DNA from: an uncultured Candidatus Bathyarchaeia archaeon
GTDB taxonomy: Archaea; Thermoproteota; CALKCG01; B24
Direction: 5' to 3'
Assembly: GCA_964568845.1 (NCBI GenBank)
Contig: CAZMSC010000003.1
Span: forward strand, 1,608 to 65,607
Length of the DNA stretch: 64,000 nt
Made by a program: the position numbers and the translations under genes. Position 1 is the first letter of the stretch, and each line of letters opens with the position of its first letter. The notes below the pieces were generated by a model, which was not told the origin of the DNA, searched no databases, and saw only the letters and a program-made list of their open reading frames with translations. Positions 1 through 10,081 of the stretch are shown here, piece by piece.

Positions 1-435
1 ATATTCAAAGCCATAGCGATGAGCAACTTTGGCAATGGACCATACGTGAAGGCAATACTGATGGGCAGGGCACCCGTAACCGCAGTTATGAAATCATCCT
101 ACTTTGCCGAATTGGCTGAAAGAGGACGGCTACCAAAATACTTTGAAGAACTCTTCGGCAACTTGCCCGAGAAATTCTTTATAAGCGCTTCAGACTTGCA
201 AACCATGCTGAGCGGCAGATTTAAAGAGGTACCATGGGGTGCGGTTGGACTCTACACTTATTTGGATAGAATAAAGGTTGGCCTCCAGCAACTGATGGCT
301 GGAACAAGGAAATGGAAACTCAATCTGCTAGATAGAAGAGACCTAGTAGCGTTGTCGGAGAGAGCCTCGAAGGTTACTGGTATACCATTGCCTGAAGAGG
401 CATCCAACGACGTTCTGGAAAGCATACTGTCGTAG
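1..435 (+). CDS. C-terminal fragment of a protein truncated by the window start; possibly a glutamate-synthase-like FMN subunit, weak
   Basis: ORF 19..435 is open in frame back to nt 1. It sits directly upstream of an NfnAB/GltD-like pair. No diagnostic motif was recognised. Confidence 0.3.
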   Translation: MFKAIAMSNFGNGPYVKAILMGRAPVTAVMKSSYFAELAERGRLPKYFEELFGNLPEKFFISASDLQTMLSGRFKEVPWGAVGLYTYLDRIKVGLQQLMAGTRKWKLNLLDRRDLVALSERASKVTGIPLPEEASNDVLESILS

Positions 436-444
436 GCGATAAGC

Positions 445-1083
445 ATGGTCTCAAGATTCTGCGTTGAATGTAAAAACTTTGAGGATAGAATGGAGATAGA
501 CGGCATTGTCCTATGTGCCAAAGGTCACCGCCCCGGCGTTGCTTGCCCAGAATTTCAAGACAAATTTGAAGGTGTAAAAGCTACGGCGTCAAAGACAAGG
601 TTCTGCATCGAATGTAAAAATTTCGAGGATAGGACAGATATTGATGGGGTTGTTGTCTGTGCTAGAGGACATTACCCTGGGGTTAGTTGTACAGAGTTCC
701 AAGATAGGACTGTCGACATCTTCTATTCATATATCTACTGGAGCTACCTTTACAGTAGCGGCAAGGTCGATGAAGGTAAGGCTTACTGGGAAGCGAGGCT
801 TTCAAGGGGGCTTTCACCTCAAGAACTGGCATACGCCGTCCTAATCGAATATTTCAGTCTAGGCTTAGACTACTCCGACTTTATCAGATGTTGGAACGTT
901 GCAAGAAAAGTCTATAGGCAAAAAATACCGGTTATCCAGGAAATTCTAGATGCAGCCCTGAAGAGGTATGGTTTGTTTGGCGAAAGAACAGATTTGAAGA
1001 GGGCTTTCTCAGATATACTCTATGGAGGAAAAAATCCAGAAGACGTTGTTGTTGAGATTTCTAAGGGCTTTTATAAAGGGTAG
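445..1083 (+). CDS. Cys-rich protein with a tandemly duplicated zinc-ribbon-like module
   Basis: A ~38-aa unit, FC(V/I)ECKNFEDR..DG(I/V)V.CA.GH.PGV.C.EFQD, occurs twice (nt ~454-573 and ~598-712). The duplication is also visible at DNA level. C-terminal ~110 aa are unrelated. Confidence 0.5.
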   Translation: MVSRFCVECKNFEDRMEIDGIVLCAKGHRPGVACPEFQDKFEGVKATASKTRFCIECKNFEDRTDIDGVVVCARGHYPGVSCTEFQDRTVDIFYSYIYWSYLYSSGKVDEGKAYWEARLSRGLSPQELAYAVLIEYFSLGLDYSDFIRCWNVARKVYRQKIPVIQEILDAALKRYGLFGERTDLKRAFSDILYGGKNPEDVVVEISKGFYKG

Positions 1084-1094
1084 GTTGGTTAGTT

Positions 1095-1934
1095 ATGGAG
1101 AATGAAATAATCTTCAAGGAGGAGTTGGCCCCGGAGGTTAAGCTCATAAAAGTAAGAGCACCGCTGATCGCGAGAAAGGCAAAAACAGGACAGTTTGTAA
1201 TTTTAAGGGTGAACGAAGATGGTGAAAGAATTCCCTTAACCCTAATCGATTGGGATCCTAAAGACGGTACAATAACTCTGGTGTTTAAAGAGGCGGGAGC
1301 TTCCACAAAGGAGCTTGGAAATTTAGAAGTTGGGGACGTCATCCACGATTTAGTAGGGCCGCTTGGAAAACCAAGCGAAATCCCCTTACATAGCAAAGTC
1401 TGTGTAATCGGTAGAGGAGTTGCCATCGCAGCAGCCTACGAAAGGGCTAAGAAAATGAAAGAGGCAGGTAACAACGTGACGGCTATAATCAGTGCCCGAA
1501 CAGCTGAACAGTTAATCTTCAAAGATCAATTTAGAAAGGTAAGCGACAAACTCTACATAGTCACGGATGACGGCTCAGACGGAGTAAAAGGGTATGCTAA
1601 TGACCTTCTCAGAAGCCTACTGGAGTCTGGAGAAAGATTCGATTTAGTCTATGCCGTTGGGGCGGCGACTTTGATGAAGTCAATTTCAGAGACAACCAAA
1701 CCCCATAAGATTAAAACAATCGTCAGCCTCAACTCTCTAATGGTTGATGGGACAGGGATGTGCGGATGTTGCCGTGTAACAGTTGCTGGTAAACCCATGT
1801 TTACATGTGTCGACGGACCAGACTTTGACGCCCATCTAGTGGACTTTGACGAGTTTAGAGCCAGAATCCACATGTATAACGAAGAGGAAAAACTCGTCCT
1901 CAAAATAGCGGAGGAGTGCAGATGCAGAAGCTAG
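1095..1934 (+). CDS. NfnA/SudB-like ferredoxin:NADP oxidoreductase small subunit (PyrK-like FAD/NAD-binding, 2Fe-2S)
   Basis: PyrK-type fold with a C-terminal MCGCCRVTVAGKPMFTCVDGP cluster motif. Overlaps the next gene by 19 nt, which suggests an operon. Confidence 0.7.
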   Translation: MENEIIFKEELAPEVKLIKVRAPLIARKAKTGQFVILRVNEDGERIPLTLIDWDPKDGTITLVFKEAGASTKELGNLEVGDVIHDLVGPLGKPSEIPLHSKVCVIGRGVAIAAAYERAKKMKEAGNNVTAIISARTAEQLIFKDQFRKVSDKLYIVTDDGSDGVKGYANDLLRSLLESGERFDLVYAVGAATLMKSISETTKPHKIKTIVSLNSLMVDGTGMCGCCRVTVAGKPMFTCVDGPDFDAHLVDFDEFRARIHMYNEEEKLVLKIAEECRCRS

Positions 1935-3307
1935 AGGTAAGACTAAAACAAGTTAGCATGCCAGAATTACCCGTGGAAGAGCGTCTGCGCACCTTCAATG
2001 AGGTGGCTTTAGGATACTCTGAAGAGCAGGCGTTAGCCGAAGCGGCAAGATGTCTCCAATGCACACGTCCCCTTTGTGTGGAAATGTGTCCACTACACAT
2101 TGATATACCTGAATTTATAAAGCTCATCAGGTTAGGCAATTATACGGAAGCCGCTGAAAAAATCCGGCAGAAGAACTGTATGCCATCAGTCTGTGGAAGA
2201 GTATGCCCACAGGAAGCATTGTGTGCCATGGGATGCAAAAACACAATAGGCGACCCAATAAACATAGGAGCCCTTGAAAGGTTCGTCGCCGACTGGGAAT
2301 TAGAAACTGGAGTAAGGGTTCCCGAGGTTGCGCCATCAACTGGAAAAAGCGTAGCTGTCGTCGGAAGCGGACCGGCTGGCTTAACCGTTGCAACAGAGTT
2401 GGCGAAGATGGGACACCATGCAGTTGTTTTCGAGGCATTACATGAGCCGGGCGGCGTTTTAATCTACGGCATACCGGAGTTTCGACTTCCAAAGAGGGTT
2501 GTTAAGCAAGAAATCGATTATGTTAAAAAGCTTGGTGTTGAAATAAAGACAAACATTATCGTGGGCAAAACGCTGACAATAGACGACCTCTTTGATGAAG
2601 GTTTCAACGCTGTTTTCATAGGTACTGGAGCGGGCTTACCTAAGCTTTTAGGCATTCCAGGGGAAAGCCTCTGTGGTGTCTACTCTCTAAACGAGTTCTT
2701 ACTAAGAATAAACCTCATGAAGGCAAACTTATTCCCGTATAAAAGTAAAACTCCGATAAAAGTTAGGGGCAGGGTTGCAATATTGGGCGCAAGAGGGATG
2801 GACGCTGCGAGGGCCGCTCTCAGGCTGGGAGTAGATGAAGCCTGCATATTCTACCAAAGAAAAGTTGTGGGAAGAGCCGACGATATAAGGCGGGGATTAG
2901 AAGAAGGTGTAAAACTATACCCATCGACAAAGCCTATTAGGCTTATAGGTGATGAGAAACGATGGGTGAAACTCGTTGAACTCGTGAAGTTAAAGCCGGG
3001 ACAACCCGATAGGACAGGTAAAGTAAAACTAATCCCGGAGCCCGGCTCAGAGTTCCTCTACAGCGCTGAAACGGTTATAATTGCAACGGAGCACATACCC
3101 AATACGATCGTAGCGGCAAACACTACGAGAAACATAAAAATTGCAAAAAAGAATAAAACAATAATCGTCAACCAAGAAAACCTAGAGGCGGCGAACGGAA
3201 TTTTCGCAGGAGGCGATGTGGTAAGCGGAGCTGCATCAGTCATAAAAGCCATAGAAGCGGGGAAAAGAGCGGCACAATCAATAAACGCATACATTACAAA
3301 ACATTAA
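1916..3307 (+). CDS. NfnB/SudA/GltD-like NAD(P)H-dependent oxidoreductase large subunit (glutamate synthase beta-subunit family)
   Basis: N-terminal CLQC..C...C and C..C..C...C Fe-S motifs. Dinucleotide fold VAVVGSGPAGLTVATELAKMGH. Length 463 aa. Confidence 0.75.
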   Translation: MQMQKLEVRLKQVSMPELPVEERLRTFNEVALGYSEEQALAEAARCLQCTRPLCVEMCPLHIDIPEFIKLIRLGNYTEAAEKIRQKNCMPSVCGRVCPQEALCAMGCKNTIGDPINIGALERFVADWELETGVRVPEVAPSTGKSVAVVGSGPAGLTVATELAKMGHHAVVFEALHEPGGVLIYGIPEFRLPKRVVKQEIDYVKKLGVEIKTNIIVGKTLTIDDLFDEGFNAVFIGTGAGLPKLLGIPGESLCGVYSLNEFLLRINLMKANLFPYKSKTPIKVRGRVAILGARGMDAARAALRLGVDEACIFYQRKVVGRADDIRRGLEEGVKLYPSTKPIRLIGDEKRWVKLVELVKLKPGQPDRTGKVKLIPEPGSEFLYSAETVIIATEHIPNTIVAANTTRNIKIAKKNKTIIVNQENLEAANGIFAGGDVVSGAASVIKAIEAGKRAAQSINAYITKH

Positions 3308-3551
3308 ACACAGCACAGTTTCATCTCTTATTTTTTGATAATGCTTAATATATTTTTCATTTCTTGAGGAGGCTTCATGACTTTTCTTTCAACCCCAAAA
3401 ATGTCTTCCGGCTTATAGAAACCCTGCCTCTTGATAAGCATGTTGCTGGTTTTTCCAAGTTAGCAGTAAACACTCAGATGGGGAGGGTATGTGTGTGGGT
3501 TTGGGGTAAATTTAATAACAGAAAGATACGTGGTTAAACTTTAGCTACGGT

Positions 3552-4007
3552 TCATCCATCTTTAAAGGCACGGGCTTGCCCGTTGAATACGTGTAATCTG
3601 GCTTTCCCATAGACTATTGTACGCCACCCAGATTGCTGATGTAGGCTTATAGACTCTCCAGAGAGGAGGCGTATTATAAGCGGACATTCAAGCTTCTTAG
3701 CAGTTTCGCAAATATGTGATATCAACTCAGGCGGCGGTCTGATCGAGTATAGGAGCGACGCGCCCTCGTATATTTCCATGTTAGGTGTTAAAATATTATC
3801 AACATAGGCTGTTAAACCCAGCTTTTTGGCTTCTTCAACGGCATCTGGGTTTACGTCTACGACAACTATTGAGGTGTTTGGAAGCCTCTTTTTCAGAGCA
3901 ATGGCTACGTCAAATTGAAAACCAACACCTATCTCGACTATTTTAGAGGCATTTCCACATTTTAGAGCTATGAATTCAGCTATATCTTCAGCATCCATTA
4001 GAGGCAT
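3552..4007 (-). CDS. UPF0146 family protein (methyltransferase-like fold)
   Basis: VEIGVGFQFDVA...VVVDVNPDAV...LYSIRPPPEL resembles the archaeal UPF0146 (MJ0688-like) family. Confidence 0.5.
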   Translation of the reverse strand: MPLMDAEDIAEFIALKCGNASKIVEIGVGFQFDVAIALKKRLPNTSIVVVDVNPDAVEEAKKLGLTAYVDNILTPNMEIYEGASLLYSIRPPPELISHICETAKKLECPLIIRLLSGESISLHQQSGWRTIVYGKARLHVFNGQARAFKDG

Positions 4008-4010
4008 GGA

Positions 4011-4430
4011 TCAAACCTCTCTGAATTCTTCAAGTTTAGCCGATAAAATAGCCTCGGGAGGAAAACCCTTTCTATATGCCTCCTCCAACGCTATCTTATA
4101 GTACTTGTAGCTCTTCCTCAAGTCTTCGGGTTTTAAGAGGAGCCAACCATAGCCTGACCTTTTAAACTTAACTGCAAGGTAAGGATCAGCGCCGAACTTA
4201 TTAGAAAATCTGACGAGTTGGTCTAAGCTTTCCAACCCAACGTATAAAACTTTACGGTTGGTTGTTTTAACCTCCAATGCTATGCAGAGCCCTCTTCGCC
4301 CGGCTACTATATCAGGTCTGTCGGATTTTGTTCCAGAGCCTGAAGCCGGCGCTCTTAAAACGGCAAAGCCTAGCTTTTCAAGCTTATTGACGAGCTCTCT
4401 CTCCTCTTTAAACCCTCTGCGGTTAGGCAA
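4011..4430 (-). CDS. hjc: Holliday junction resolvase Hjc
   Basis: ~139 aa. ERELV..LEKLGFAVLRAPASGSG....DIVAG....ALEVKTT matches the Hjc nuclease core (E, D, E-x-K). Confidence 0.75.
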   Translation of the reverse strand: MPNRRGFKEERELVNKLEKLGFAVLRAPASGSGTKSDRPDIVAGRRGLCIALEVKTTNRKVLYVGLESLDQLVRFSNKFGADPYLAVKFKRSGYGWLLLKPEDLRKSYKYYKIALEEAYRKGFPPEAILSAKLEEFREV

Positions 4431-4478
4431 GATTATTCCAATAAAAAGAAGGCGGTTGAAGCTTAAAAATTTGGAGGT

Positions 4479-6920
4479 TTACTCTAATTCCTCAGACCAG
4501 CTGAATTTGAAGAATGGTTTGTCTTTCCTAGATTCTGCAAGTCTCTCCAGTAGAATCTTCCTCTCTATAGATGCTACAAGCAGCCTCGTCTCTATGACTT
4601 TATCTGGATTCACGGATAGGCTTGTGGCACCCTCTTTAACCAGAAATTCGACGATCTCTGGATAGTTTGAGGGGGCCTGTCCACAGATGCTCGTAGTCAC
4701 GCTATGCTCACGACACAATCTTATTACGTGACTTAAAGCCCTTAAAACCGCCAAGTTTCTCTCGTCGTAAATCTCTTGAACAGATGCATCATCTCTATCT
4801 ATGCCGAGTATAAGCATTGTAAGGTCGTTTGTCCCAAAACTCACACCGTCGATACCAGCTTCGATAAATTTATCTATCAGTAGTACTGTGCTCGGCACTT
4901 CAACCATTATCCAAACCTTGAAGTCCGGTCCCTTCCTCAGCCCCTCCTCCTCCATGATTTTAAGACAGTTCTTAAACTCTTCAACCGTTCTCACAAACGG
5001 CACCATAACCCACACGTTTTTAAGACCATACTCCTCTCGGACCTTTCTAATAGCTTGGCATTCAAGTCTAAATATGTCGGGTTCCTTAATGTATCTGAAG
5101 GCTCCTCTGTAACCTATTAGAGGATTGGGGCCGACGTGCCCAGTCTCCTTCTCGTACTTTTCACCGCCAGGTAACGATAGGAACTCATCTGGTTTAAAGT
5201 CTAGGAATCTGTATACTACAGGTCTTGGGAAGAAGGCCTGTGCAACTTTTCTAATGCCTTCGGCGAAGGCATCGACCATTTTTTCAGCTCCACCCTCCTC
5301 TATGAGAAGCCTCGGATGTTTACCTACACTGAGCATTAAGTGCTCAGCTCTAAGCAGTCCAACACCATCAGGATGGCTTTCATTGAAAACCTTATCTGCA
5401 ACATCTGGTATTGAGAGGTTTACGTATATTTTCGTAGCCGTTACAGGAGGATATATGGCCCATTGCGGTAGTGCCATAACTGCTTCCGCAGCAGCTGTTG
5501 GAGCGGCTTTAGGTGCGGGCTTAATTAAAGACTCAACTATGCCTTCATAGACAACGCCTGATGCTGCATCAATCGTATAGTGGAGGCCAGTTTTAAGAAC
5601 CTTTGTAGCCTCTTTAGATCCAACTATGCAAGGTATTCCCAATTCTCTTGAAACTATGGCAGCGTGGCAAGTCATACCTCCATCATCAGTTACTATCGCA
5701 CCTGCCATCCTCATGTAGGGAACCCAGTCCGGGTTCGTCATTTTTGTAACCAGTATATCTCCTTTCTCCATGACCTTAGCGGCTTCCTGATGGTCTAAAG
5801 CCACTTTAACTCTACCCGCGTATATCCCTGGACTGGCAGGCAAACCTTTGAGAACTGGTACGAGTTTCTCAATTGGCGCTGGCGCCTCTCCGGCGGGTTT
5901 CTCCTCGACTTTAAAGCTCCAAACGGTTTCAGGCCTAGACTGAACTATGAACACGTTTTCAGGAAACGGCATGTCTCTATCTATTGCAAACTCTATGTCT
6001 TGAGGCTTCCCGTAGTGTTCTTCTATACGTTTAGCAAGCTTAGTAAGCTCCACTATTTCATCGTCCGTCAAACACGGTATGCGTCTACGCTCGGGAGGTA
6101 TTTCAACGTGCAGTGTTTTACCAGTCTTGGGATCTCTTACATATTCAACTGTTTTCTCCGCAACCTCTTTACTGATGATTTTAAGTGTGGCTTTATCGAC
6201 TATGAATCTGTCGGGTGTTACCGCTCCCGATACTACAGCCTCTCCTAAACCCCATGCGCCTTCGATTACGATTTTACTCCTATCGCCTGTAACTGGGTGA
6301 ATAGTGAAAATCACTCCTGCGGCTTTGCTATTTACCATTTTCTGAACAGCTACACTTATCAAGACCTTCTCATGTGGAAAGCCCTTCTGAGTTCTATAGA
6401 ATATTGCTCTAGGAGTGAATAGACTGGACCAGCATTTACGAACGTAGTAAACGAGGTCGTCACTGCCCTTAACGTTTAAGAAAGTCTCCTGCTGCCCTGC
6501 GAAAGACGCATCAGGTAGGTCTTCAGCAGTAGCAGAGGACCTTACAGCTACGAATGCTTCAACAGCTCCTACCCTATTGTTAAGCATCCTGTAAGACTCT
6601 TTTATGGCTTCCTCTATCGAGCTTGGTATCGGCGTAGACTCTATCAGATCTCTAATCTTTGCAGAAGCTTCTTCATACTGTTTCGGGTCGTTCGGGTCTT
6701 TAACGGTTTCTCTTATGATCGAATAAACCTTCTCAGCTATACCGGTTTCTTCTAGGAAGAGCTTATACGCGTAGGCTGACACCGCGAACCCCGGCGGCAC
6801 TGGTATTCCAGCATTTATCATTTCACCTAGGTTTGCACACTTACCTCCAACTAATGGAACATCTCCCTTTCCAAGCTCTTCAAACCAAAGGACTAGTTTT
6901 TTCGCTCTATCTTCAGCCAT
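4479..6920 (-). CDS. ppsA: phosphoenolpyruvate synthase (pyruvate, water dikinase)
   Basis: 813 aa. N-terminal ATP-grasp region (GGKCANLGEM), central phosphohistidine domain (GGMTCHAAIVSRELGIPC), and C-terminal PEP-utilising TIM barrel with the GTNDLTM motif. Confidence 0.9.
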   Translation of the reverse strand: MAEDRAKKLVLWFEELGKGDVPLVGGKCANLGEMINAGIPVPPGFAVSAYAYKLFLEETGIAEKVYSIIRETVKDPNDPKQYEEASAKIRDLIESTPIPSSIEEAIKESYRMLNNRVGAVEAFVAVRSSATAEDLPDASFAGQQETFLNVKGSDDLVYYVRKCWSSLFTPRAIFYRTQKGFPHEKVLISVAVQKMVNSKAAGVIFTIHPVTGDRSKIVIEGAWGLGEAVVSGAVTPDRFIVDKATLKIISKEVAEKTVEYVRDPKTGKTLHVEIPPERRRIPCLTDDEIVELTKLAKRIEEHYGKPQDIEFAIDRDMPFPENVFIVQSRPETVWSFKVEEKPAGEAPAPIEKLVPVLKGLPASPGIYAGRVKVALDHQEAAKVMEKGDILVTKMTNPDWVPYMRMAGAIVTDDGGMTCHAAIVSRELGIPCIVGSKEATKVLKTGLHYTIDAASGVVYEGIVESLIKPAPKAAPTAAAEAVMALPQWAIYPPVTATKIYVNLSIPDVADKVFNESHPDGVGLLRAEHLMLSVGKHPRLLIEEGGAEKMVDAFAEGIRKVAQAFFPRPVVYRFLDFKPDEFLSLPGGEKYEKETGHVGPNPLIGYRGAFRYIKEPDIFRLECQAIRKVREEYGLKNVWVMVPFVRTVEEFKNCLKIMEEEGLRKGPDFKVWIMVEVPSTVLLIDKFIEAGIDGVSFGTNDLTMLILGIDRDDASVQEIYDERNLAVLRALSHVIRLCREHSVTTSICGQAPSNYPEIVEFLVKEGATSLSVNPDKVIETRLLVASIERKILLERLAESRKDKPFFKFSWSEELE

Positions 6921-6977
6921 CTCTTACCACCCTTTAATACAACATAAACCGTTTAATCGTCATATTTAAGAGTTCGG

Positions 6978-8420
6978 TTAGAAGGACCTTATAAATCCTC
7001 TAACAACATCGGAGATTGATTTCAGAAGCGGATGTTTTATGCCGTCTAAGTCTTTGAGGTTTTCAAGCCTGTTTATTCTAAAGTAAATGGGAGGGTGCGG
7101 GTCCCATCCCAGCCAAGATTCAAATCTAAACTCTGGAGACCTTTCAAGCCTAAGCCTGTTGTAACCTATCTTTCTAAGAGACTCTGCCAACAGCTGAGGC
7201 TGTCTAGTTTTAATAGCTGCTTCTAAATCCGATTTAGCTTCTAGAAACTTCCCTATGAAAAATATGACGCTCATTACTAAGAAGAAGTATAGGAAAGGTA
7301 TGAAAAACAGTACGGGTGCTATTGGGAGTAAAACGTATAACCTGAATAGGTATTCGAAGGCAGATAAAGCGAATAGTATAGCTGGGTCTCTACCTTTAAG
7401 ATGGCTAAGCTCGTGATTTAACACAGCATAAACTTCACCCTCCTCTAGCGCTGTTAATAAACCGGTTGTTACCATGACTACTCCGAATCTAGGGCCGATA
7501 CCGGAGGCGGCGGCGTTCGGTATCATGGTGTTGGAAATGACTATACGCGGCATGGGAAGGTTGAATTCTTCACTAGCCTCTTTGATGAGCCTGTAGACGT
7601 TTATCGTTTTGATCTGAAGGTCTTCCGGTCTAAAGAATATACCATTCCTCTGCAGGACATCACCTATCACGTTTGGGTCTAAGCCCCTATTCTGAGCCAG
7701 AGTCTTCTCATAGATCTCGCGTTTAATCTGGTAGAGCCAATCCCTACCTTTAACTTTAATCATATCTAAAACGATCCTATATTCGTCTGGGAAAAGATGA
7801 TACTGAACCAACGTTACGTTTTGACTTGAACTCGTTATCTTCCAGTCTCCAAGCTTCATTATTATCTTATGTGAGCAGAGGAGGATGCAGAACTGGAAAA
7901 GCACTATTATTATGGGAGCATAGAATGGACTTATTGCAAATATGAGCATGTTTATCACTAGAAATGCTACGAAGAACAGTATCATACTGTCTGTGAAAAT
8001 GCGTTCAATCAGCCTAGTCTTAGCTTTAAACCTCTCAGGTATAGGACTGCTGTTTTCAACAAACGTAAAGAAGATCGAGGACCTTCGGAAATTATCTTCA
8101 AACATCCTAACGGCGATTATAAGGTCTTCTTTAACCCTATCTATTAGAGGCTTTTCAACTAAGCCTTCCCAGGATATCGTAAACTCCAGTATTTTAAAAG
8201 CCCTAACCTCAACGTGGATAAGACCGTTTTCCAATAGTATGGTGAATCTTAAACCCTCTCCAAGAAAGTCTCTAGTCTTTTCAACGCGCATTACGCGGTT
8301 TCCGAGGGGGAGAACATAAGTGTCGTAGATGAAGTCTAGTATAAGTGGGACATATACGTCACTAACACTAGTGTATAGTGTAAACACCATTATGTTATCG
8401 AAACTTTTCCAAGAGTACAA
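6978..8420 (-). CDS. membrane-bound M48/HtpX-like zinc metallopeptidase with an N-terminal extension
   Basis: HELSHLKGRD HExxH motif flanked by hydrophobic segments. About 150 aa of the N-terminus are unassigned. Confidence 0.5.
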   Translation of the reverse strand: MYSWKSFDNIMVFTLYTSVSDVYVPLILDFIYDTYVLPLGNRVMRVEKTRDFLGEGLRFTILLENGLIHVEVRAFKILEFTISWEGLVEKPLIDRVKEDLIIAVRMFEDNFRRSSIFFTFVENSSPIPERFKAKTRLIERIFTDSMILFFVAFLVINMLIFAISPFYAPIIIVLFQFCILLCSHKIIMKLGDWKITSSSQNVTLVQYHLFPDEYRIVLDMIKVKGRDWLYQIKREIYEKTLAQNRGLDPNVIGDVLQRNGIFFRPEDLQIKTINVYRLIKEASEEFNLPMPRIVISNTMIPNAAASGIGPRFGVVMVTTGLLTALEEGEVYAVLNHELSHLKGRDPAILFALSAFEYLFRLYVLLPIAPVLFFIPFLYFFLVMSVIFFIGKFLEAKSDLEAAIKTRQPQLLAESLRKIGYNRLRLERSPEFRFESWLGWDPHPPIYFRINRLENLKDLDGIKHPLLKSISDVVRGFIRSF

Positions 8421-8488
8421 ACTCCTAAAGTTATTATTTCAAAAACATACTGTTAAATTTAACCCTAGTAGGTTTATGAGGTGAAACT

Positions 8489-9280
8489 ATGGGGTTTAAA
8501 GCCGCAATCTTCGATTTAGATGGATGTCTATACAGAGGAGATGCTCCTATAGAAGGCGCTTCAAAAGCCTTAGAAGAATTGAGGGGAATGGGGTTTAAAA
8601 TGATGTTCCTCACCAATAACGCTACGAAGACCGTAGAAGAATATACGAATAGGCTAAACATAATCGGTATAAGATGTCGGAGAGAGGAAGTGCTTACGTC
8701 AGGCTTAGCCACTTCAATATACCTAGCTGAAAGATATGGTTCAGTTAAAGTATTACCCGTAGGAGGGAGAGCCCTTGAGGAAGAGCTTAGAAGGATAGGG
8801 CATACCGTTTTAAATCTTAGAGAAAATTATGAGGCTGAGTTTGTAGTAGCATGTTTAGACTTCGACTTCAATTACGAGAAACTTAAAAACGCATGTCAAG
8901 CCATATACAATGGAGCTAGATTTATCGCTACAAACGCAGATCCAACCGTTCCCGTTGAAGACCGATTAATCCCAGGTGCTGGCGCAATAGTCGCAGCCAT
9001 ATCTAAGGCAACGGGTAGAAGACCTCTAGTGGTGGGGAAGCCGTCGCGGATAATCATGAGGGTCGCTCTTGAAAAGCTTGGGGTTGAAGGCTCTGAAACC
9101 GTGGTTGTTGGAGATAGATTGGATACTGATGTGAGAGCTGGTTGGAAAATCAATGCTTTAACAGTACTTGTTTTAACGGGAGCTACAAGTCTAAGGGATT
9201 TGGAAAGGTGGAGGGGGGTTAAACCAAGTCTCGTCTTGGAAAGCGTAAGAGAGCTTCCGGAAGCTCTTAAAAGGCTTTGA
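8489..9280 (+). CDS. HAD-superfamily hydrolase, subfamily IIA (NagD/phosphoglycolate phosphatase-like)
   Basis: N-terminal FDLDGCLY DxDG motif. C-terminal GDRLDTD motif. Confidence 0.7.
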   Translation: MGFKAAIFDLDGCLYRGDAPIEGASKALEELRGMGFKMMFLTNNATKTVEEYTNRLNIIGIRCRREEVLTSGLATSIYLAERYGSVKVLPVGGRALEEELRRIGHTVLNLRENYEAEFVVACLDFDFNYEKLKNACQAIYNGARFIATNADPTVPVEDRLIPGAGAIVAAISKATGRRPLVVGKPSRIIMRVALEKLGVEGSETVVVGDRLDTDVRAGWKINALTVLVLTGATSLRDLERWRGVKPSLVLESVRELPEALKRL

Positions 9281-10015
9281 ACACATCAATACACTAGGTT
9301 TCAAAATCTTTCCAATATTGTTGGAAAGACTGTAAGGGTTTACTAGAGGATCTATTAAAAGTAGAGTTTCTAAAACCCCGAGATGTATGCGGTCTAACAC
9401 GTAGTCTCGGTATGGTTTTCTGCTGATGACGCTCTCAACGGTGTCTAAGTCAACCCCGGCGACGTATATGCGGCCAAGCCCAGAGAGGGCTATTTCATCA
9501 GCCCAGTTGAGCCATCTCCAAGATAACGCGCAAACGACCTCATCGTCATGAACCTCTCTAACGTAGAGTTCAACTGGGAAATCCCTGTAAAACATGTATA
9601 GAGTTTCGAGTTTTCCGACTGCCATATAGCATCCATCGAACAGTTGAGACTTTAAAATATTTATTGGAATGGTTATCGTTACGTTTTTCAAACCAGCGTC
9701 TACGTATAAACCATTCTCCTTGAGAGCCAAAACCCTACACTTCAACATACAGCCTTTCGAGATGTCTAGATAGGTTTTCGGGAGAATACCGATTGTGGTG
9801 TATAGTAGGTTTAAAGCGGCTTCTAAATCTTCACCTTTAAGGGATGCTTCCACCCATCCATCAGATTCGATAAAATACTCTAAGATGCGTACTCTGAGGG
9901 GTTTCATTAAAGAGTTTAATAGCTTCTCTAAGGCTTTCAAACCTTGAGGACCGTATAAGCCGTAGATCCTCTGGTTCAACTTAACACTACATCTATCACT
10001 TTGAGGCATTTCCAC
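9191..10015 (-). CDS. hypothetical protein
   Basis: 274-aa ORF with no recognised motif. Its 3' end overlaps the convergent HAD gene by ~90 nt, so the true start or stop may differ. Confidence 0.35.
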   Translation of the reverse strand: MEMPQSDRCSVKLNQRIYGLYGPQGLKALEKLLNSLMKPLRVRILEYFIESDGWVEASLKGEDLEAALNLLYTTIGILPKTYLDISKGCMLKCRVLALKENGLYVDAGLKNVTITIPINILKSQLFDGCYMAVGKLETLYMFYRDFPVELYVREVHDDEVVCALSWRWLNWADEIALSGLGRIYVAGVDLDTVESVISRKPYRDYVLDRIHLGVLETLLLIDPLVNPYSLSNNIGKILKPSVLMCSKPFKSFRKLSYAFQDETWFNPPPPFQIP

Positions 10016-10081
10016 AACCTCTTCACATTTTACGGTTGCATTAAAGGTTCCGATAAAACTGTTGAGTAAATATAAGAATTA

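Noticed and set aside
3058-3294. 78-aa minus-strand ORF and other short antisense ORFs (for example 258..521, 1061..1426, 2127..2492, 8434..8712, 16338..16706)
   Set aside because: All lie antisense within strongly supported genes and have compositionally biased translations.
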